Shown: one piece after another, positions 31,939 to 38,359 of the stretch | How the letters are laid out: the number at the start of each line of letters is the position of its first letter | Numbering within the stretch: the first letter of the stretch is position 1 | NCBI GenBank assembly: GCA_965223545.1 | Contig: OZ245006.1 | Location: 5,728,001-5,792,000, forward strand | DNA: 64,000 nt | Direction: 5' to 3' | From: Planctomycetota bacterium | Lineage (GTDB): Bacteria > Planctomycetota > UBA1135 > UBA2386 | Made by a program: the position numbers and the translations under genes | Notes under the pieces: generated by a model | What the model was told of the DNA's origin: nothing | What the model saw: only the letters and a program-made list of their open reading frames with translations | Database searches by the model: none

Positions 31939-33266
31939 GCACCGTGCCGCGTACCGCAGCCGCAGCAATGACGTCGACGGCGGGCGCCGGCCGCCGGCGC
32001 GTTGCCGCCGGGTCATTGGCGCTGCTGGCGGTGGTCCACGGAGCTTGCGTCGGTGGCGTGCGCCGGTCGTTCGATCCGGGGCCCTTTGCCCTGGCCGCCC
32101 AAGCGGCGTTGGCGGCGGGTGACCTGCGCCGCGCCGAGAGCTTGCTGCACGAGGCGCGGCGGCGCACGCGGGGCACCGACGCGGCGGTCCACCTCTGGCT
32201 GGCCACGGTCGCGGCGATGCAGTGGCAGTCCGACGTCGCTCTGCGCCATCTCCGCGTCGTGCTCGACCTGCCCGATCGCGCCGGCTGGACCGAGGCCGAA
32301 GTCCGCGGCGAGATGGGTGACCTGCTGTTCCGCGTCGGCCGTTACGGCGACAGCGCGGCCCATCTGCTGGCCGGCTCCGAGGGGCGTGCCGGCGATTCGC
32401 GCCGTGCGCGGGGCGAGCTGGCTCGACTGCTGCCGTCGCTGCGCAAGACCCCCGCCGTGGAGTTCGCCGAGCTGCCGCTGCTGCAGGGCTCCCTGCCGAG
32501 GTTGTTGTGCGCCGTCGGTCCGCTCGAGCGCGTGTTCGTGCTCGATACCGGCGCCAGCTTCTCGACTCTGTCGCGCAGCATGGCGGGCGAGCTCGGGGTC
32601 GATCCGATCCTGTCCGCTGGGGTCGGCACCGACGGCCAGGGGCAGCGGTTTCCCACCGCCGTTGGCCGGCTGCCGACGTTTGCCCTCGGTGACGTGGATG
32701 TGGGACCACAGCCGGTGCTGGTGGTCGACGACGATCGGCTGGCGGTGCGCGACGTCGCCGATGGGTTCGCCCGTGCGACCGGTGCGCTGGTCGGCCTCGA
32801 CGTGATCACGCGGTTCTCCGCGACGCTCGATCCCGGCCGCGGCAGCCTCGTGCTGCGGCCGCCCGGGCGCCTCGCCGAAGTCGACTCGCAGCCGTGTCTG
32901 TGGGTGCGCAACCGGCTGCTGGTGCCGGTCGAGATCGAGGAGCAGCGGCTGTGGTTCGCGTTGGACACCGGGGCCAGCGCGTCGAGCCTGACCGAGCAGG
33001 GCCTGGGGCTGTTGGTCGGCGGCCACGAACGCGCCCAAGAGGGCTTCCACGAAGTGCTGAGCCCCGGCGGCAGCCGCGTGTCGGTGCGCGTCGTGCGCGG
33101 CCTCGTGCTGCGGGTGAGCGATGTGCGCTTTCGCGGCGTCGACCTACCCGTCCTCGAGCGCGAGGCCCAGGACCTGTTCCCGCTGCACGGCGTTCTCGGC
33201 GCGGACCTGTTGCTGCGTTGTCGGACCACGTTGGATTCGGGGCGCGTGCGGATGGAGGCGTTCTGA
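31935..33266 (+). CDS. TPR plus double retropepsin-like aspartyl protease
   Basis: FVLDTGAS..LVGLD and FALDTGAS..GVLGAD; N-terminal signal and TPR; overlaps the upstream stop. Confidence 0.85.
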   Translation: MSTVPRTAAAAMTSTAGAGRRRVAAGSLALLAVVHGACVGGVRRSFDPGPFALAAQAALAAGDLRRAESLLHEARRRTRGTDAAVHLWLATVAAMQWQSDVALRHLRVVLDLPDRAGWTEAEVRGEMGDLLFRVGRYGDSAAHLLAGSEGRAGDSRRARGELARLLPSLRKTPAVEFAELPLLQGSLPRLLCAVGPLERVFVLDTGASFSTLSRSMAGELGVDPILSAGVGTDGQGQRFPTAVGRLPTFALGDVDVGPQPVLVVDDDRLAVRDVADGFARATGALVGLDVITRFSATLDPGRGSLVLRPPGRLAEVDSQPCLWVRNRLLVPVEIEEQRLWFALDTGASASSLTEQGLGLLVGGHERAQEGFHEVLSPGGSRVSVRVVRGLVLRVSDVRFRGVDLPVLEREAQDLFPLHGVLGADLLLRCRTTLDSGRVRMEAF

Positions 33267-33602
33267 GCGTCAGGGTCCGCAAATCTTCGCGCGGCGACAA
33301 CCTTTCGGAAGGCTCGATTCCGCTAGAACTTCGACAACGCAGCTCCCTGAGGCTCGAAGATAACACTGGCCTCTGGGCTCAGCGCGGCCGCCCGCGACCG
33401 CGGGACCCGCGACCGACGCTCGGGTCGCGGAATGCTCCGTGTTTGGTTGCGGCCCCGGCCGCGCTGAGCCTCGGGGTCCGAGAATGTTCGAGCGGCAACA
33501 ACCTTTCGGAAGGCCCGTCGTCGCCGGGACTTCGATACCGCAACTCCCGGAGGCTCGAAGACAACACGGGCGTCTGCGCTCAGCGTGGCCGCCCGGCACC
33601 GC
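33264..33602. repeat. Composite repeat array A-B-A (A 33264-33381, B 33382-33464, A 33465-33582, partial B)
   Basis: A = 118 bp TGAGC...GCTCA; B = 83 bp GCGCGGCCG...CGGCCGCGC; homologous copies at 34051 and 55086. Confidence 0.9.
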
Positions 33603-33604
33603 TG

Positions 33605-33673
33605 GACGATCAGGAAGCGGACGTCAGCGGCGCACGAGGCGGCCGACAGACCTCTGAAGCCGGGGTTCGTCAC
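33605..33673 (-). pseudogene. N-terminal remnant of a nucleotidyltransferase-family gene truncated at the repeat array
   Basis: MTNPGFRGLSAASCAADVRFLIV resembles the MNxDFxxLLxxxxxxxVRFLIVGG start of such proteins; similarity stops at the repeat. Confidence 0.45.
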
Positions 33674-33836
33674 CTTCTAGCCCTTGGATCGCGCGAGCGT
33701 CGCGCACCATGTCCCACAGTAGCGCGACCTTCTGTTCGCCGGAAAAGTTCGCCCAGAAGGCACGGTTCGCCGCCGCCTCGTCGTCGAAGCTGCGGAAGAG
33801 GCGTCCCGTCACACGTGGCCTTGGCTCGTCGGTCAC
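33624..33836 (-). CDS. Small 70-aa protein of the type found upstream of nucleotidyltransferases (putative TA partner)
   Basis: F+SFDDEAAA..AFW....EQKV.LLW.M...GDEPRLQRSV pattern; overlaps the nucleotidyltransferase remnant. Confidence 0.6.
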   Translation of the reverse strand: MTDEPRPRVTGRLFRSFDDEAAANRAFWANFSGEQKVALLWDMVRDARAIQGLEGDEPRLQRSVGRLVRR

Positions 33837-33959
33837 GTCCTGATTCTACTGCATCACGGCGAGCGGGATGGTGTTCGATGCGCTCAGGCCAGCGCGGCCG
33901 GGCTGCAGCGCTTGGACTACACGCCTGGTGGCGGGCGCGGGCCAGTCGCCGGAGCTGAT

Positions 33960-34050
33960 CGTAGACCAGCGGCCAGCTTTGCGAGCCGGCTCAGCGCCTC
34001 GCCGACGATTTCGAACTGCCGTTCGACCGCGGCCTCGAGCAAACGGGTTC
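33960..34050 (-). pseudogene. HEPN/DUF86 (HepT-like) toxin fragment
   Basis: LLEAAVERQFEIVGEALSRL; lacks the N-terminus (cut by repeat A at 34051) and the RxxxxH motif. Confidence 0.6.
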
Positions 34051-34187
34051 TGAGCGCCCGGGGCCGAGAATCTTCGCGCGGCGAAAACACTTGCGAAGGC
34101 CGGTTGTCGTCAGGACTTCCATACCACAACTCCCGGACGCTGGAAATCAACACGGGCGTCTGCGTTCAGCGCGGCCGGGGCCGCAAC
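34051..34187. repeat. Repeat A copy 3 (34051-34168) plus the left part of an inverted repeat B interrupted by IS110
   Basis: 118-bp A homolog; 34169-34187 GCGCGGCCGGGGCCGCAAC is the reverse complement of 33446-33464. Confidence 0.9.
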
Positions 34188-34199
34188 GGTATGTGTGGT

Positions 34200-34545
34200 T
34201 CCATGATCTGCGAAGCTAGAGTTCTCCACACCCGTCGCGCCGTAGCGGTGTGGAAGACTCGCGCGATGGTGCAGCCGCAGGAGTCGTGTCGGGAGTCTGG
34301 TCATCGGCCGCAAGAGAGCTTAGGGTCCCCCGGCGTGCGACGGAGAGGTTTCGCGATCTGCCGCAATGGTGGCGCTTCGAGCGGCCCCTCATTTGGTTCT
34401 GCGACTCTCCTCCCGCGTGGGGGACCCGATTTAGGAGATTGGCGGCGTGAGAAATCACGGCCCCGAAACACGAACCGTTTTGGCGACTCGCCTCCTCAGG
34501 CGGACTGCGCGGGTAGGGAGAGTCCTCTCGTCGACACTCACTCGT
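34200..34545 (+). ncRNA. Putative bridge RNA in the IS110 left non-coding end (ends approximate)
   Basis: Stems 34219-34260, GGGTCCCCC/GGGGGACCC (34323/34427), GGAGAG/CTCTCC; loop segments match target (34360-34366, 34392-34398) and donor (34431-34439, 34474-34478). Confidence 0.75.
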
Positions 34546-34561
34546 TGAACATGGAGGGGAC

Positions 34562-36064
34562 ATGAATCGATTCGTTGGATTGGATCTCGGCTTGAGGAGC
34601 AAGCACCGAGCCGTCGTTCTGGATGGTGCGAAGTCTCGGGGCAGACCGTTTTCAGTCGAGAACAGCCGTGAGGGTATTGACCTTCTGCTGCGCCGTGCAC
34701 AGGAAGGTGCCGAGGGTCCGGTGAGCTTCGTGATGGAACCAACGGGGTTGGCGTGGCTGCCCATCGCGGCGCACGTGAACGCCGCAGGGTTCCAGATCTA
34801 CGTGAGCAAACCACAGAAGCTGAGCGACCTGCGGAAGTTCTATAGCAAGCACACCAAAACCGACGTAGTAGACGCCGAGGCCGCTGCGCGTCTGCCGCAG
34901 ATGGATCCAAAGGGCGTCCACCAGCTGCGTGTTCCAACTGCCGACGAGACGACGATCCGTCGACTCGTGAAGCGGCGTGAGCGGTTGGCGCGCGAGCTCA
35001 GCGACCACAAGCGTCGTGTGCACGCGATACTGGTACTGGCGAATCCCAGCCTCATGAAGGCCTTGGGGGCAGAGAAGTTCAGTGCCGCTAAGATGGGGTT
35101 TCTGCGGCGCTACGTCGATCCGGTGAAAGCGGTCGGCCTTGGGAAGAGTCGCTTGGAGCGCTTCTTGACGAAGCGATCCAAGGGAACGCATGACCCGTGC
35201 TTGGTCGACCGCGTGCTCGAGTCCTGCCGACAGGCCGCCGAGTACTACGCTGAGCTGCGAGCTGCGGGGCAGATGCCGTTCGACTACGAGGCCATCCAAG
35301 AGGATGTGGTGTACGAGCTGGATGAGATCGAGCGCAAGAACACGGACGTTCGCAAGCTCGACGCAAAGATCAAGAAGCTCTACCTGGGCGTCGATCCTGA
35401 CCGAACACTCGAGCAACTGCGCGGCGTCGGTCCCACGATCGCTGCGGCCATCGAAGCCTTGGTAGGCGACATCGCGCGGTTCTCGAACGGCAAGAAGTTC
35501 GTGAGCTACTGCGGACTGTGTCCACGCCGGAAGCAGACGGGCATGAGCGACCCCTCGATGCCAATCACCAAAACCGGCCAACGAGTACTCAAGAAGTACC
35601 TCTACCTAGCAGCTGACGTCGCTCGCCAGTGGGATCCGGATTTCGCGGCGTACTACGCTCGCCGCTACGCCGCAGGTGATCACCACAACCTCATCCTCAT
35701 CGCATTGGCTGGCAAGATGGCGCGCCGCGTCTACGCCCTCCTGAAGCGTCGCGACAGCCAGCGCGCCGATGACAAGCCGGCGTCGACGCAAGTCCGCTAC
35801 GTCCTGCGAGACGCCGACGGCAACGAGCTCACGAAGGTTGCCGCGCGCGCGCTCATCGCAGCCAAGTTCACGCGCAGCATCGTCGCGCCACAGCGGCATG
35901 AGCGCGACCAACGGCGACAGGGACGAGTGGGGACTCCGACGACGAGGGACTTGAGTGGCCGCCCAATGGACGCCACAGGCCTGGCCGTGGAATCCCCACG
36001 TCAACCTCACCCGATCGGTGATCTCATGCAAGAACACTTCCCTGGTCTTGTGGAAGAGTCCTGA
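34562..36064 (+). CDS. IS110-family transposase / bridge recombinase (500 aa)
   Basis: VGLD(8), ME(59)PTG, KTD(101)VVD(104)A; LRGVGPTIAA..GDIARF..YCGLCP; RBS GGAGGGG. Confidence 0.96.
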   Translation: MNRFVGLDLGLRSKHRAVVLDGAKSRGRPFSVENSREGIDLLLRRAQEGAEGPVSFVMEPTGLAWLPIAAHVNAAGFQIYVSKPQKLSDLRKFYSKHTKTDVVDAEAAARLPQMDPKGVHQLRVPTADETTIRRLVKRRERLARELSDHKRRVHAILVLANPSLMKALGAEKFSAAKMGFLRRYVDPVKAVGLGKSRLERFLTKRSKGTHDPCLVDRVLESCRQAAEYYAELRAAGQMPFDYEAIQEDVVYELDEIERKNTDVRKLDAKIKKLYLGVDPDRTLEQLRGVGPTIAAAIEALVGDIARFSNGKKFVSYCGLCPRRKQTGMSDPSMPITKTGQRVLKKYLYLAADVARQWDPDFAAYYARRYAAGDHHNLILIALAGKMARRVYALLKRRDSQRADDKPASTQVRYVLRDADGNELTKVAARALIAAKFTRSIVAPQRHERDQRRQGRVGTPTTRDLSGRPMDATGLAVESPRQPHPIGDLMQEHFPGLVEES

Positions 36065-36106
36065 ACAAGCCGTGCACACGCGATGTCGAGCCCCAGCGAA
36101 AACCCC

Positions 36107-36112
36107 TTGACA
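36107..36112 (+). promoter_or_regulatory. -35 box TTGACA of the IS110 circle-junction promoter
   Basis: After end joining it lies 17 bp from TATGTG (34190-34195), with TG at the extended -10 position. Confidence 0.7.
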
Positions 36113-36127
36113 TGACTTAGGAGATAT

Positions 36128-36195
36128 CAAACACGGAGCATTCCGCGACCCGAGGTCGGTCGCGGGTCCCGCGGTCGCCGGCGGCCGCGCTGAGC
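36128..36195. repeat. Right part of the interrupted, inverted repeat B
   Basis: CAAACACGGAGCATTCCGCGACCCGAG...GCGGCCGCGCTGAGC is a near-identical reverse complement of 33377-33445. Confidence 0.9.
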
Positions 36196-36277
36196 GTAGT
36201 CCCCAAAGCTCTTACCCACCGTGGACTCGAAGTCAGCATCTCTACGACGAGCGAGCCGTGCGCGCTACTTTCGCGGT

Positions 36278-36472
36278 ATGGCGGACTGGACGTCGTTCTA
36301 CTACCAGCTGGCGGTCGGTGGATTGGTGTTTGCCGTCGGCATGTTCGTCGGTGTGCGCACCGGCCAGCTCGGCGGTAGTGGGCGTGGCCTGCGCCGCGCT
36401 GGCTGGCTGCTGGCGGGGTTGGTCTTCTTCGCGGCGCTGCAGGCGGCGCTGACCGCGTGGGGTGGGCCGTGA
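36278..36472 (+). CDS. Small two-TM membrane protein coupled to the symporter
   Basis: 64 aa, two hydrophobic helices, GTGA overlap with the next gene. Confidence 0.65.
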   Translation: MADWTSFYYQLAVGGLVFAVGMFVGVRTGQLGGSGRGLRRAGWLLAGLVFFAALQAALTAWGGP

Positions 36473-38340
36473 CGGCGCAGGTGGCGCTGCACGGCCTCGA
36501 TGTGGCCGTCGTGCTGGTCTACTTCGCCGGCATCACGGCGTTCGGCGCGTTCGTCGGCCGCTCGGTCGGCACGACGCGTGACTTCTTTCTCGCCGGGCAG
36601 CGGTTTCCGGCGTGGTTGGTGGCGTTCTCCTGCGTGGCGACGCTCGTTGGCTCCTACTCCTTCGTCAAGTACAGCTCGCGGGGCTTCGAGCACGGCCTGT
36701 CGTCGTCGCAGACCTACCTGAACGACTGGTACTGGATGCCGCTGTGGATGCTCGGCTGGTTGCCGATGATCTACTTCGGCGGCGTGCTGTCGGTGCCGGA
36801 GTACTTCGGTCGACGCTTCGATCGCCGGGCGCGGGCGGCGGCCACCGTGATGCTGCTGCTGTATCTGGTCGGCTACATCGGCATCAACCTGTACACCATC
36901 GGCGTCGCGCTCGAGACCCTGCTGCGCGGCTCACTCGGCCTCGACACCCTGACGCTGGCCGCGATCACAGCGGCGCTGTGCATGGCTTATGAGTTCACCG
37001 GTGGCCAGCTGTCGGTGATCTTCACCGATCTGGTTCAGGGTGTGCTGCTTCTCGTCGTCGGCCTCTTGCTGTTCGCCGTCGGCATCGCCCATCTCGGTGG
37101 GCTCGATCAGTTCTGGCAGCTGCTGCCCGCGGGCCACCGCCAACCCCTGCCGGCGTTCAACGACGACCCCGGCTGGAACTTCGTCGGCATCTTTTGCCAA
37201 GACGGCGTCGCCGGTGGGGTGGCGTTCTACTTCATGAGCCAGGCGATGCTGATGCGCTTCCTGTCGGCGCGCTCGGTCGGCACCGCGCGGCGCGCCGCGG
37301 CGCTGGTGGTGATCGTGCTGATGCCGCTGGCGGCGATCGCCGTGTCGGGAGCCGGCTGGCTCGGTGCCGCCATGGTCGGCAAGGGCACGCTGCCCGCCGA
37401 TACCGCGCCGAGCGACGTGTTCGTCGTGGTCGCGCACCTGCTTTGCGGTCCTGGGCTGTTCGGCCTGGTGGTGGCGGCCATGCTGGCGGCGCTGATGTCG
37501 ACGGCCGACACCCTGATCAACGCGTCGTCGGCCGTGCTGATCAACGACGTCTACCGGCCCATGCGCCCGGGCCGAGACGACCGGCACTACCTGCGGGCGG
37601 CGCGGTTGGCGTCGCTCTTGGTCGCCGCGATCGGCTTGGCACTGGTGCCCGTCTACCAGGGGTTCGCCTCGATCTACCAGGCGCACGGCGCCTTCACGGC
37701 GGCGATCACTCCGCCGCTCGTGGCGGCGATCCTGCTGGCGTGCACTTGGCCGCGGATGACGACTGCCGGAGCACTCGCCACCCTGATCGGTGGTGCGGCC
37801 GCGATGTTGGCGTCGATCCCGTGGCCCGGTCTGGTGGCGCCGTTTGCCCACGGCGTGCCGCCGGACGGTGGCTACACCTACGTGCGCGCCTGTTACGGTC
37901 TGGCAGCAGCGATGCTGCTGGGCATCGGCGTCAGCCTCTGCACGGCGCCCCGCCCGCGGGCCGAGATCGACGCGCTGACCGTGTGGGGTTGCCGCAAGCG
38001 CGCCTCGACCAGCGCGACGGCGGCCGGGCGCTCCCGCCGTTGGCGCGGACACGCCGCGGCCGCGCCGTTGGTAGCGGACGCGCGAACGCAGGTCGCGGCC
38101 GACGGTGCCCTGCCCGAAGTCGGGCTGTCGCGCGCGGCGCGCGCGCGCCTGGCGGTGGACACCGGCGACGTCGTGTTCATCGACGAGGCGCGGTGGTGGC
38201 GCGGTGGGTTGAGCTCGGTGCGGGCGCGGGTCGGCGCCGAGATCGTCGACGGCGACGGCACGCTCCGACTGGCGCCGGCGGCGATGCGCGCGGCCGGCTT
38301 CGCCGAGCGCGCGGCGGTCGTCGTCGAGCGCGTCGATTGA
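36469..38340 (+). CDS. Sodium:solute symporter (SSS family)
   Basis: DFFLAG, SVPEYFGRRF, FTGGQLSVIFTD, AAMLAALMSTADT..N; many TM helices. Confidence 0.93.
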   Translation: MTAQVALHGLDVAVVLVYFAGITAFGAFVGRSVGTTRDFFLAGQRFPAWLVAFSCVATLVGSYSFVKYSSRGFEHGLSSSQTYLNDWYWMPLWMLGWLPMIYFGGVLSVPEYFGRRFDRRARAAATVMLLLYLVGYIGINLYTIGVALETLLRGSLGLDTLTLAAITAALCMAYEFTGGQLSVIFTDLVQGVLLLVVGLLLFAVGIAHLGGLDQFWQLLPAGHRQPLPAFNDDPGWNFVGIFCQDGVAGGVAFYFMSQAMLMRFLSARSVGTARRAAALVVIVLMPLAAIAVSGAGWLGAAMVGKGTLPADTAPSDVFVVVAHLLCGPGLFGLVVAAMLAALMSTADTLINASSAVLINDVYRPMRPGRDDRHYLRAARLASLLVAAIGLALVPVYQGFASIYQAHGAFTAAITPPLVAAILLACTWPRMTTAGALATLIGGAAAMLASIPWPGLVAPFAHGVPPDGGYTYVRACYGLAAAMLLGIGVSLCTAPRPRAEIDALTVWGCRKRASTSATAAGRSRRWRGHAAAAPLVADARTQVAADGALPEVGLSRAARARLAVDTGDVVFIDEARWWRGGLSSVRARVGAEIVDGDGTLRLAPAAMRAAGFAERAAVVVERVD

Positions 38341-38359
38341 TCCCGTGGTCGTTCGTCCG

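Larger units (their letters stand above)
34188..36127 (+). mobile_element. IS110-family insertion sequence (1940 bp), no terminal IRs, no target duplication
   Basis: Removing 34188-36127 restores GCCGCAAC|CAAACACGG, as in the empty sites at 33437-33453 and 55259-55275 (minus strand); encodes a DEDD recombinase. Confidence 0.93.

Noticed and set aside
33360..33464. Repeat B as an integron attC site (AAC...GCTGAGC...GTT on the minus strand)
   Set aside because: R''/R' boxes are not complementary with canonical spacing, B occurs in both orientations, and no integrase or cassette array is seen
33264..33602. A/B repeats as a CRISPR array
   Set aside because: Units are 83-118 bp, both modules recur (no unique spacers), and there are no cas genes
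34466..34472. AAACACG in the left end identical to the right target flank (36129-36135)
   Set aside because: Same-sense match where an antisense guide is expected, and only 7 nt; may be chance, so not used as evidence
33267..34565. ORF-track ORFs reading through the repeats and IS left end (e.g. 33912-34565, 32894-33958; also 55085-55297)
   Set aside because: Translations of non-coding repeat or RNA sequence with no protein motifs
34188..36127. IS1111-subgroup assignment
   Set aside because: No sub-terminal inverted repeats found, and the long non-coding region is upstream of the ORF rather than downstream
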